In this document: one piece after another, positions 13,461 through 26,320 of the stretch
Position numbering within the stretch: position 1 is the first letter of the stretch
Layout: the number at the start of each line of letters is the position of its first letter
Assembly: GCF_033153115.1 (NCBI RefSeq)
Contig: NW_026889803.1
Span: forward strand, 558,001-622,000
Direction of reading: 5' to 3'
Source of the DNA: Saccostrea echinata
Lineage: Eukaryota
Length of the DNA stretch: 64,000 bases
The notes under the pieces: generated by a model
What the model saw: only the letters and a program-made list of their open reading frames with translations
Told to the model about the DNA's origin: nothing
Databases searched by the model: none
Position numbers and translations under genes: made by a program

Positions 13461-16400
13461 CTGGAAAATTACTAACTGCGCGTGGGATACGCCTAAATTA
13501 AATCCAGCAAATAAATTCAATGTTGTTACATCGTGAAAATAAATGTTCAGGAAGCAAAAATGATTTACAGTAACATATTATGTTTGTGTCCGACGAAATT
13601 CAGTACAAATTTTTTTAAAAGGACACAGATAATTCAACATTTCTGAAATGAAACTCCATTCTTTTGTTTTTAGAGTGAATAGAAATTTCAGCCTTTATCT
13701 ATTGCATAATTTGTGGTTGAATCCTGCTGCATCCAGTCTTTATGCTGTAAGTGTTTCAGCACCTCAGCTTAATTGATTTTGCTGGCCTCGTGAAAATTAA
13801 TGACCATGGAAATACAACAGGAAGAAAAATGAGCACTGCAAGCTAGGGCGACGTTCTTTGATTTTTTTCTATCCTATCAAGAATTTAATTTCATTGACAT
13901 CAGCTATTTTACAAATATATTTAAATAAAGCTATCAAATTCTATTGAATCAAAATAAAGCTTTAATCTAAATTGATTGAAGTGGGGAAGAAATATTTTCA
14001 GTAAAACTCAGTTGACTATTCTCAGAAGAAAGATATGAGAATTTATCCATATCAGAAGGAAAGAACTGATACTAGTACATAGAATAATGAACGAAGGTTT
14101 TGATAATCCATTCTCTTTAGAAATATTGCACAAAAGGAAGTCGTTCTTGGGAGAGAAAAAAGAAGCTTTTAATCTGCCTATCTAATTCATTTTTGCAGAG
14201 CTAATTGTCTGCACCTAGATAGTCATAAAGAAATAGAAAAGGATATGTTAGAAATATATTCACGTAAAACTAATCGTCCGGTCTTTTATTGAGTTTGCGT
14301 GCAATTGCCCTACGCAGAAAAAGTCTATTTACGATTTCATCAGGCTAATTCACCAAAAATTGCGCTTTCCAAATGTTATATAATAAGGAATCGATGTTCA
14401 AGTCGATGTTACCATGGTAATATGTACTGCAACGCAATCCCTGAAGCAAACAATGTTCACTTTTATAAGAAAATCAATTTCTCTTATCGAATATGAAACA
14501 ACAGTATTGTTTTCAGCTGATCTGATGGAACATAATAGCGAATATTAAAGCTCCAAACTTAAATTTTATGTAATTATATGCACTTAATAATAGGGTTGGC
14601 GTTTATTATCATATAATTATTATTTTTTTTAATAGAGAACAAAACTTAAGATCGATGAATAAAACTTAGAGGTAGTTCATCAAAATTCAGTCTGTATGAT
14701 TATATTGTCAATATCAGTAAAGATATGTATGGTTTTCGGAGTACCAATCGAGTTTTTCTTTCTCGTTTACGTAATGAAATGTCACAAAAGCATCCAATAT
14801 ACACGAGCAGAACAGCATCATGAATTTCTAATGATAAGTGCTTTGTTAATTCTGTTAATTAATGACTGTTTTCATTATATCATTTTTGAAAGATTATTGT
14901 CAATTATATCTATCAAATTTTCCAGAAAAACAAAGAGTGCCATTTTAGGACTTCATTCAGATATTTCTAACTTTCGCAGAAATAATTCTGCACAAATGTT
15001 ATATAGCTTAATCATAAAGACCAATAACCATGTAAACACATTTCATCATACATACAGGATTACCCGCATAGTCATAACCATTTACATTATGCACTAAGTA
15101 ACACCGTATGTCTGTACTGCTTGGCTCTTGTCACTCATTAGACTCCATGATCACGTAGCAGGTATAGAATTAAGCCAAAATTTCAATCACATGAAAAATA
15201 AATACAAATTGACAATAAACTGAAACTTAAAAAAGAGATTGTCAATGCTTTAATAAGAATAACCTTTAAAAAGCGTTTTCTTTTATTTTGACCATCTCGT
15301 TCGGCACATTAGTCCGACTGAGTTCTAGGCTTGTTTCGTGACGTTTGTGTTTCTGCTTGCCTTTTAGTTTTAATTTTACCAATCTTTGTGATTTCTTTTT
15401 TTATTATCATTGTAAAAGGAATTTAAAACATTAAAATTTGCTAATGCACTGTTGGGTCGGATTTGCTTTCCCAAATATGTTTGGAATAACTCTGATATTT
15501 CCTAGGTCAAAACACATGTCAAATAAAATCAAGTATAAATAATCTAAATGTCAACAAAGTTCTTATGTCAAAACGTAGAAAAGAAAAAAAATTAATATTC
15601 AATGCATTCACTTAAAAAATAAAGATGGATGTATTTTCTTGCTAGAATTTTCTCGATACGTACTTTCTTCGATTCTTAGATTATAAAAGGGAAAAGGAAC
15701 ATTATATTGCTACAACAGGCATAGAGCGAAGAGTTCTTTGTCCTATTAGATATTGATAGAAAATTGCCCATGAAATGCATTCTACAATACTTTCCAAGTG
15801 AAAGTACATTGTTTATTGCTATTGACTTCGTAATTTTGGGGGATGTAAAGGCATCGTGGTCACTGATTGAAATGGGGCTGTTATATTAATTCTAGTTTGT
15901 TTTCGCTTTAAACCTCGACCTTTACATACAAAGACCACTTACACTGAGCTCTTTAAATAGCACCTGTCGTAGTAGACACATTGGAATGTTGTAAAATTTT
16001 ACTTTGCTCTCGTCACATTTTATCAATCCTCATCGCAAATGCTTAATTTCGAATTTGTTTAAATGGTTTTAGAAATGGTAGTCTTTATTTTCAGTTCCTT
16101 TCTAGATTCTACATTTCTCAATAAACTTACTTGAAATGTATATTCTGACTATCACAGCAGGATAAAAAATACTTCAGGATATTTAAGCAAAGGCACACTA
16201 TTCAGATAAGCAATACTTGTTTACTTAGGTTAGGAGTTCATATCACCTTTCTGAAGAAAAAAAAATGATTATAACATTCGAACGACATAGACTGAAGACA
16301 AAAATGTGATGTTTTATCTTTCACTTTTATTCAAAACAACGAATATCCATACCTTGAATCGCACGAATTTCTGTAATTTTCCTCTAAGCAATAAATCAAT

Positions 16401-17064
16401 CACACACTGAGATCACGTGAATACCAAGGTCAGGTTACATTAAAACACAAACACATGGAGCTTCTAATTTACGAATTTTAGTATGAACTAGATAGAAATA
16501 TATAAATTCACATTGTGGAAACAACATAATGCCACTTAATGACAAGTCTGATTCTTTGAAAAGATTAATCAACTTTATTTCTCAATAATTTTTTCGGTAG
16601 TTAAGTTTTTGTAATTTACATATTTCATTTAATAATTTTTTCAAAAATTTAAAGTTCATGTTCGTCTCAAACACTTCAAAAAAATCATTTTCTATATACA
16701 AATTACCTTTGCCTTCAGCTGTGTTTCCTACTACATATTTACAGTTTTAAAGCAGAAAATGTACTCTTCAAGGTTAAGGATTTTAACATCAATTGTTTTG
16801 GCAGAATAACATTGTGATAGGATACACTCCTAACTTAAATTATCTTTAAGAATGAAAACAAATAATTGAAAATGTTTGTCAAAATTGTAATTTTTCTTCA
16901 ATTATATGTACTGAAAATTGTTAGAACAAACACATCAGGCTATCAGTTTCACTCTTGACGAAGGTCTGAGTTTTTCAAAGAATTTTTAAAAGCATTCCTG
17001 TGCATTTGGAATCAATATGCAACACGATTTAACTAGTGTGTGATAAGAGTTCGGAAAGTCTTCT

Positions 17065-17112
<48 letters not shown>

Positions 17113-17824
17113 GTTTGACTTTATGATAGATAAATACAATATATATACATATCAGAATTCTTAATATTTCATTTATCAAAATGCAAAGCGTATATGGCAA
17201 TAAAGAACAACTTTTAAAATTTAGTTTCAAACTCAGTTTGATGGTTGGTATTTAATCCTAAGGGACATCTAGATTTGTAAAATACCACTGAATGTGGAAA
17301 CTACACAAATACATACCACTTTTTTCCAATGCTTACAAAACGCTGTTTATCTCTCTCTTTCCAGATAAACGCAAACCTTTCCAGGCTAGAAGAGATTTCA
17401 TAAGGATGAAGTTTTGAAAACGTTATCACAAAAATAAGTAAACTAAGTAAACGCATTAAACAATAAAGTTTTTAATATACTAACTGTACTTCGAGAAATA
17501 AACACGATTGTTTTAATTTCACTATGTTCACGGTTTTTCATTTTTCCGCGAAATTGAACCCATAGTGATTAAGTTTATCAGATCACGCCATAAAGAATCT
17601 GTCACAAGGCAGGCGCCTGTAGCGTGAACTTAAAACATTCATAATTACAACCCATGAAACAAATTACAAAACTTTACAGCACATTTTTCCAATTTTTTTA
17701 TGGTTCACCTCGATATGTGTATGCAATACAAATCGATTTGTCCATAATATTCTTTAAAGAGTCCATACTATCTGAATACCATAGGCTAGTTGGTTAAAGA
17801 TATTAAAGAGAACTATTTTCATTT

Positions 17825-17835
17825 TATTCATTCAT

Positions 17836-17894
<59 letters not shown>

Positions 17895-17896
17895 TT
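17825..17896. repeat. (ATTT)n microsatellite
   Basis: Direct reading; a ~42-nt poly-T tract also lies at 17068-17109. Confidence 0.95.
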
Positions 17897-20849
17897 GTCC
17901 TTTACAACGCTCAGTAAACAATAATGTGTTTTACAAATTATGTGCCAGTGTTTCTGCGAGTTTAGTTTAATTTGCTGCACTTTTAAAAACATTTCAGGAT
18001 TATAAATATTGAATGATGCGTAATTGATTGTCCTGACGTAACCAAAACAGTTTAATTTTCATTACGGTCGTATTGCTGATTACTTTTTGTGGAAACTTGT
18101 ATACAGATTTTGTATTTGTTTTTTTATTTCAGAATTAAGGAAAATTCCATCACTTATGCTGTTAAAATTGCCTATATAAACGAGGGACATATGAATTTTT
18201 TAGAATTAGTATAATTCAGGAAAAAAATAAGACATGATTTATAAAATTTGAGGATAAGAAATAATCATTTTCTTAGAAAGTCTCGAAATGATGCTGAGAA
18301 GTAAAAAATAACCCGGTTTCCATTTGACCGTTATACTTTCACTGTGTCTATGTTTGAGTTAGAGATTGGATGAATTCAAATTATATATATAAAAAAAAGT
18401 GGGAAAAATACCACTGCTTAATTCCATACTAGTTCTGGCGAAATTGCTTAATAATATTGACAAAACATTTGCTGTTTTTTACGTCACCCCAAATGAAGTC
18501 GTGGGATATATTGTTATGTTTCCACATAATTTTGTCTGCAGCAAAACTGCACCGGTCTGATATATATGCTGTTGCTTCCAATAAGAAAGTTTCTAGTTTT
18601 TACTTATGATGTACTTACTTATTCGAGGAGAGGTAAAAACGAGGGTTATTTCAAGTTTCAATAATATCATAATAATATAATATCATAATACATGAATTTT
18701 AGAACTTCATTCAATAAACAGTACTGAAGAATAAAGGGGTGAAACCAAACTAGGACGATAAGATACAGCGGTACGAAACGCAAACTTATGTGAAAGATTA
18801 ATATTTAAAGGTAAATCAAGTCACATTGTTTTAGGCACATTATTTTCATATCCAGAAAAATTAACATTCTGTGACATTTTTGTAATCAAGTGAAAGAGAT
18901 CTTTACCAGTATGCAGTGATGTAAAATATAACCTTTAAAAAGCACCAGACAATGTGGATTTCACGAGCAGTCAAGGGCTGGTGGTGGTTTGTTTGTTGTA
19001 GCGTTTCTTCCTTAGACATTCTGCCAGTTCGTCTGCAATTTTGATTCAATGAAAAGGGAAGTCTTCTTTTTTATAATAAACATACATATTTAATCTAGCA
19101 GAATAAATTGGGACAATTGACAAGAAAAAGGAATACCAGAGGATTTTTGCTCTAGTTTATACTCTATATATACAGTAAAACCTTCCTGTTCTGCTTATAA
19201 AATGATGTACAGCTCAGAAAACAATTTGTAAGACGTTTTTCCTGGAAATTTTCTCAACAAATCTGCATGATTTTGATACCTAAAATAGTTTATAGTTCGA
19301 TTAAAGTTACAATGTAATTAAATAAATAAACCATTAAAGAGCAAATTAGGTTTAGGAAAGTGCCAGATCCCTTTGTACTTATAAATTACAATATATAATA
19401 GCCATCTGCTGATAATAAAGCCAAGCGTGTGTTGTGATATTTTGAATAATTCTGAAAATCCATAAAAACTAGATCTTAAGAAGAAAATAATCAAACTAGA
19501 TAAAATATGGTTGCAGACTTTCTTTGCTGTAACATGATTTCTCTATCAGAATCTACTAACGAACTCAAAGGCATATGAACAACATAAACTGTTATTTAAT
19601 GAGGTTGTTTATGTTAACATTGTAATACATAATTTCGATAAAGGAAATTAAGAAAAACCTGACAATTAAAACATTAAAAATTCCTTCCTCGTAATTTATT
19701 TACCTGCGTAATTGTTATGTTGGTAATAATTTAATAAATAAGCAGTTATCTAAGGACACTGAAAATTATGTACATGTATCAGGTGGTTATGTATATTCTT
19801 TCCTTCATAAACACGTCTCTAATTATTTACATTTTGATCCTTTTCCTAAAATTGCTTAAAGCTAGGTTTACTTAATGACGCACAAAAAGAATTTCACGAG
19901 TGGATTGCGACCTTTTCAGAACCATGCGTGTACACACGTATAACATAGCTTGGTGAATTGATCGCGGGACCTAATACATCCAGCGATCGCGTAAGTAGGT
20001 CAAGATCCTCTTAAAATGGCGGCGTATTTCTACACTGCTGGAGGCATTATTTAACTTAAATGTACAATTTAAACTAATCACAGCTGCCTATATTCTTAGC
20101 CAAATGAACCTTTAAACTCTAAACACTGGATTTGTTTGATCATTTTTTAATATGAAATGGCATTGCTTTTACATTTGATTGAAATATTTTATAAAAAGTC
20201 TTTATTCTCCCTACTCAACGAATGAATGTTTGGCAATTCGCAATGTTCTTTTCCAGAGTTATAGCTCGTTTCAATATTCCACTTACTGTATTAAAAACAC
20301 ACGGCCGTAATAAAGACATCAATACATTAGTAATTTATCTAAGAACATCTTATCTTGACACATTAATAACGACTTACCAAACAAATGATAAATTTATTGT
20401 TACTTAAAAGCCAAATGGAAAAACGATACTCACTCAATAAATTATACATATTTTTCTCAAAATTCCTCTACAGCTCTGTCCAAAAAGACTGCTAGTGTAA
20501 TATTTTGTCGGTGTATGTTCAATACGATGTATTTTTTTCCCTCGACAAATAAACTCGAGGAGTACCCTTTTAAAACTTAACAGCAACGGTTGTCAAGCCA
20601 TTGAATTGATGATAAGCTGATGAAAATAGTTCCTTAAAAGCAACCTCCATATTAATTTAAAATGCAATTATACATAGTCTGTGAGTGCCAAAAAAAGTCC
20701 GTTGTAAATTTGCTTTAAAATTAAATTAATTTTTGTATGTAATGCAATATATAAAAGTAATATTTTTTAAAAAGTTAAGAATTCAATAGAATACAAAATG
20801 AAAGCAGGGTAAATACATATCCCTGGAAACACCAGTTGCTGAATGGTGT

Positions 20850-21660
20850 AGCATATGGAAGGGAGAAGATAACAAACAGTCACCAAGTTCAGAATTTAAT
20901 TTTAAAAAATGCAAAATGAAAGCAAGGTATACACTGATCCCTGGTAAGATCAGTAGTGAAATCATGTGCCATCGCTGACTGGTCACACCCGCTGTAGGCC
21001 CCCTTTGTCCTTATATGTTAAGAAAAAGTAACCAGTAAACAAATCAGTAAACAATGGGTATAATACATCAGTCAACGTACGACATACAATGTACGTACGT
21101 TGTTTTTACAAAGTAATTGTATCAGTATACAATTTACAAAATTTAACTAAGAATGAGACTATGGATGTCCATTTAAGATTTACTTATCTTTCAGTTACTT
21201 GTCTCGGTTTGGAATTTAATCGCAAGCATAACATGCTCAGGTATCGAATGGGAGTCATAAACGCTAAATTCAGGTGATGATAGTATATTACTTCAAAAAT
21301 AAAGGAAGGTGACGGTTGAAAAAAATGTCCTCCCATTTATCAATAAATTTAGTTGTAAGATTGCCATGAAAGTCTATATCTAGTCAAATAAACAAATATG
21401 ATACAGATGTTTCAGACTCTGTAGTGTCTTCTATTTCGAATTCAGAGGAATGTACGGAATCAATATATGTTATTAAATGAAAATGAATGTATATTGTCCA
21501 TTTAAACACCTTTATAATATATTTAAATGACCAAATTGAAAAACCACAGCTAGAAACTCCTTTTCATGTAGAAGTTTTTGATAAATTCTGCTTCTTTAGC
21601 ATATAAAAACAGGGCAATTTATAAACGGACATAAAGTTACCACTGGGATTCTTAAAGATT
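20850..21660 (-). mobile_element. Highly decayed Naiad-type PLE fragment
   Basis: ggtcacacccgc UTR motif at ~20980; minus-strand remnants EAEFIK and EIEDTTES. Confidence 0.65.
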
Positions 21661-23222
21661 GTTGGAAGACCTGTAGCCGTACTTATGGAGCTATAATATA
21701 ATTTACCACGAACGTATGGCATATCTAAGACATAAGTTAGGCCAACGACGCTATCCTATCTTAGGATATATCTAAGGTAATTTAGGAAGAGCTGCTCCAA
21801 GGAAAACAACTTGGAATTATTGAATTTACATTATTCGTGTAATTTAATCCAATAGTTTTTGTAAAATAATACATTCGTTTACGAACTAAATCAATTTGAT
21901 AAACATTGTGCCGTGTAACTGTATACAATGCATGTATGCATATACCTGTACAAATGGAAATAGAGAAAGTAATAAATGAAAATGCATTCATTAACATGTA
22001 ACACATCCTTGCCATAATACCAAGGGTTTTTGCTATCTAGGGAGGGGAAATGTTTACTAAATAATTTTCTTAATATCACAGGGGGCGGACCTCATGACTA
22101 CCTCCCCTTCTTCCCCTACATCCGCGCATGAATATGAAAGAATATGAAAATAGTAACACTACATGTAAATTTGTCTCGCCAAAAAGTAAAACAAGAGAGG
22201 GAAAATGCTTTTTCAACATCTTAGGAATAAGATGCTTTCGTTTTACAAACGAATCTTAAGAAAGTCCTACGATATGTCCTAAGAAATATCCTAAGACATG
22301 TCTTAAGGTACATCTCAGGAAATGTTCATAGGCATGCCTGCAGGTCTCCAAAGACAACAATGATATTAAATAAAAAAAAATTCAGCATCTTTTTAACATA
22401 ATCTTCTGAATACTTATGCGAAAAGCAGAATTGTTGAATAATAAAATAATTTTTTGTTTGACTAGTCACAAGATCACGAGATAATCACAAGATATCTCTT
22501 TTTCGAGTATCATTTTGAGTGAAGAAGCAGTTTCTACTCTATCAAATAGTCTCTTTTTAAAAATTCTTTCATGTGGAATGGTTGTATAGACTGTGAAGAA
22601 GAATGTTTTGATTTGGGTGTTTTCGGATAAACTTTGTGTTTTCAAATATGCGAAATGTCCTTTGGAGTTTTTCAGTATCCCAATCTGAATAACACCACTT
22701 ATCTAATATGTCTGTAGCCCGGTGCTGTTAAACGTGTCCTTTATTGTTCTTAATATTTTCTTGCAGAATAAAGAGAGGGACCTCAAAGAACATTTACTAC
22801 AGACACTGAAAAAAATCGTTTGCCTTTTGTATTTAAAGATCTACTATTAAAATTAAGTCATTTTCTACATTTATTTATATTAACTATAAAATAAGTAGTT
22901 TATTATGCCATCCAGCATTATATATATCATACACATATAACGTATCATTCATAAAAAATCATGAAGTTAAATTTAATAAATACGTTTCATGGAATTCTTA
23001 GTGTACTCATTTCTATTTATTTACCAATATTTCAACTTCATGATTGAAATCAACATCTCATATATGGTTTTGGTCGGAATTTATGAATTTACCTGCTTCT
23101 TTCAAAGTCAAATTAAGAAATAAGCAATAATTATAAAGACATCTTAATTAAATTGCAAAAAAGATTTCCTGTTTAAATAACCTTGACCATTATAGCAGAG
23201 GTAAAGAAATAGATTTTGCTAT

Positions 23223-24027
23223 CAAGGAGAGGGTATGTATAGGCTTTGACTTGACCTATTATACAAGGAGAGGGTATGTATAGGCTTTGACTTGACCTAT
23301 TATACAAGGAGAGGGTATGTATAGGCTTTGACTTGACCTATTATACAAGGAGAGGGTATGTATAGGCTTTGACTTGACCTATTATACAAGGAGAGGGTAT
23401 GTATAGGCTTTGACTTGACCTATTATACAAGGAGAGGGTATGTATAGGCTTTGACTTGACCTATAATACAAGGAGAGGGTATGTATAGGCTTTGACTTGA
23501 CCTATTATACAAGGAGAGGGTATGTATAGGCTTTGACTTGACCTATTATACAAGGAGAGGGTATGTATAGGCTTTGACTTGACCTATTATACAAGGAGAG
23601 GGTATGTATAGGCTTTGACTTGACCTATTATACAAGGAGAGGGTATGTATAGGCTTTGACTTGACCTATTATACAAGGAGAGGGTATATATAGGCTTTGA
23701 CTTGACCTATTATACAAGGAGAGGGTATATATAGGCTTTGACTTGACCTATTATACAAGGAGAGGGTATGTATAGGCTTTGACTTGACCTATTATACAAG
23801 GAGAGGGTATGTATAGGCTTTGACTTGACCTATTATACAAGGAGAGGGTATGTATAGGCTTTGACTTGACCTATTATACAAGGAGAGGGTATGTATAGGC
23901 TTTGACTTGACCTATTATACAAGGAGAGGGTATGTATAGGCTTTGACTTGACCTATTATACAAGGAGAGGGTATGTATAGGCTTTGACTTGACCTATTAT
24001 ACAAGGAGGGGGTATGTATAGGCTTTG
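23223..24027. repeat. 41-bp minisatellite, ~19.6 near-identical copies
   Basis: Unit CAAGGAGAGGGTATGTATAGGCTTTGACTTGACCTATTATA, head-to-tail with no spacers; only single-base variants. Confidence 0.97.
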
Positions 24028-24199
24028 CCTGTTTCCCGATCCTTATTGATTTATTCAATAAAATATGTTTAAATTATAGATTTTGCTATTTCTTTCTCAT
24101 TAATAAAAATATCAGATGGACAGGTAGCCATTTTGTTCATTGTAAGATGTTAATTTAATAATAATATGATGTCAGTATAGGTTAAAATGACGAACTAAA

Positions 24200-26320
24200 A
24201 GCAATCATTTTATAAAAGGTCCTAAATACAGGAACCCCGATCTTTCAGTTGGCAATAGAACTTCATTTCTTTTAAGAATTCTGCCAGTAAGATTATGCCA
24301 GACGTTGGTTGATATATAAAGGCCTAAATGCTTTGTCTGAATGGATTAAGTGTTTTTGAAATATATTAAAGAATCTTGTTAGAAGGTTAAAAGACAATCC
24401 ATCCTTAGGTTTTCACTAAATCGGAAGGGATAAAAAAAATTAGAAAGAGTACATGAACAATATGTTATAATTCCAGCATACAAACTTTGTAACAATTATT
24501 GTCTTTGTTTGTTAGACTCATTATTATGACTGTATTTTTAAAGAACTTGGTTTTAATTCTACATCTAGAAATCCAACTTTTACTAACAGTTCACTCTTTA
24601 AGAATGAAAGTCTTCACAATCACATTTCAGTCTATAATTCTGCTAAAATTTCAGACAACGAAGGTGAGTTTGATCTACCCTACATATACTGGATACATTG
24701 CCGGGACTAGCAAATGCTCTACCAAGCCCTTATCTTTACTCCTCAGAAAAATATAATCTGCTGTAAAGGAGAAACTTCAGATGGTCTCTTCAAACTATTT
24801 GCGTGTATTTTGTGGGAGATCGTCCTCTTTTGAAGTGTACAATATTTTGCACTGTTGTAGAATATTATCATTGATTTCTCTTCTCCCACGTATACAGATA
24901 ATTTTGGTTTGAAAAGGGAAGCAAAGAGTTTAATTACCAATAAATATTTATGCTTAACAACCATTTTGGGAAATTATTTTCAAAATATTCATTATAATAT
25001 TGATTTCAAAATATTATCGTTATGCCTTTTCCTACTAGCTTGGAGAATGTTAGATAGTTGGATTGGCCATTAAAGATGGGGAAAAGATTATAATTTTTAT
25101 TGGCAGTGAAAAAATGAGCAAGAAAGACTTCATAAACAGTATGTCATGGTTTACACAATATAGCCTGAGCTTGTGTTTCTAAAACTTAATTTTATAGCTG
25201 CATTTAAAAAAAAACTTGGCTTTAATTCTACATTTGGTAACCAAATATATATTCACAGTTTCCTTTCAAATGATGAAATGCTTCAATTCAGTTTTAAATA
25301 CTTTAAACATTCTAGTCAGCGGAAGTGAATTCAATTCACCAAACCTATGTTGATTTCCAAACTTCATAAAAATTACATAAATGTTCTACCAACCCCTTAT
25401 TTTTACTCTTTAACAAAATATTAACTGCTATGATGAAGGAACTTCAGATGTACTGTGCTTCAAAATATTCAAGAAGTGGTGTAAATAAAATGTAGATTCT
25501 CAAAAACAAATTGAAATTCCTTTTTTGAAAAAAAAAAAAACTATAACATTAAAACTATGATTTTTCAACACTTAATGCAACCGGGTTTTTTTCAACAATA
25601 AATATAAAAAACTAGATTTTTTCTGCACCACACACAACTGTTTCTTTAATAGAAATGGAATTCAAAAATGTTCGTATCTTGTTTTTGGTCATCTACCAAA
25701 TTACTTTGTTAAAAATCAGTCTGAGTCTACACAATTAAAGAAGTATTTGGACAACGATCTTTTGGAATTCTGGTGTATACTAACTGGTCCCTATATAAGC
25801 TGAGCTGTGTTTAGAAATTTATGAAGGAAATTATCTAAAAAAGTTCTAAAGGAGAAAAAGAAAACTTAGTGTTGCTTTCAATTGGACATTAAGATATATC
25901 GACGATCTCTTATCCATTAGCAATATTATGTCAACACGATATTTTGACCTTGAACTGAACATAAAGATTCCAAAGAGTTTGCCTCATATTTTACATGTTT
26001 TATTGGCTAGTGGCAAATTAATGACTTAAGAAAAAAGAGATGTCTTCAGTTTTTCCATCATCTTCTTTCTATATCTATGCATTAATAATCAAATATCAGC
26101 TGCATACAGTGTTTATGTTGGTTTGCAAGAGCACACTCTGGGAACGATTACGTTCTTTATCAAGGCTACAACTGACAAATAAGTTGATGTTGTAAGCTTT
26201 TAACAATTTCCTTTTAGTTCATCATTTCGTAAATTATATGGCCGTTGTAATAACCTTGTTCACAGTCCGTGTCATATTCTGAGTGACATGTTTCGTGCTA
26301 ATTGAGAGGCCATTTTTTAA
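24200..26320 (+). mobile_element. Decayed Naiad-type PLE fragments (24200-24790 and 25190-26320)
   Basis: GPKYR, IAGTSKCSTKPLSLLL, RYIDD and FRKLYGR remnants, colinear with the 47.9-49.4 kb copy. Confidence 0.7.

Noticed and set aside
14100-14215. Possible TIR-domain pseudogene (LEILHKRKSFLGE; KLLICLSNSFLQS)
   Set aside because: The motifs are in different frames, too close together and surrounded by stops; the resemblance is too weak without an HMM search.
20013-20024. YY1-like AAAATGGCGGCG in a CpG-richer patch as a promoter
   Set aside because: No linked exon or ORF found; such motifs are common inside DNA-transposon remnants.
23223-24027. CRISPR-like array
   Set aside because: Units are contiguous with no unique spacers, there are no cas genes and the context is eukaryotic; it is a minisatellite.
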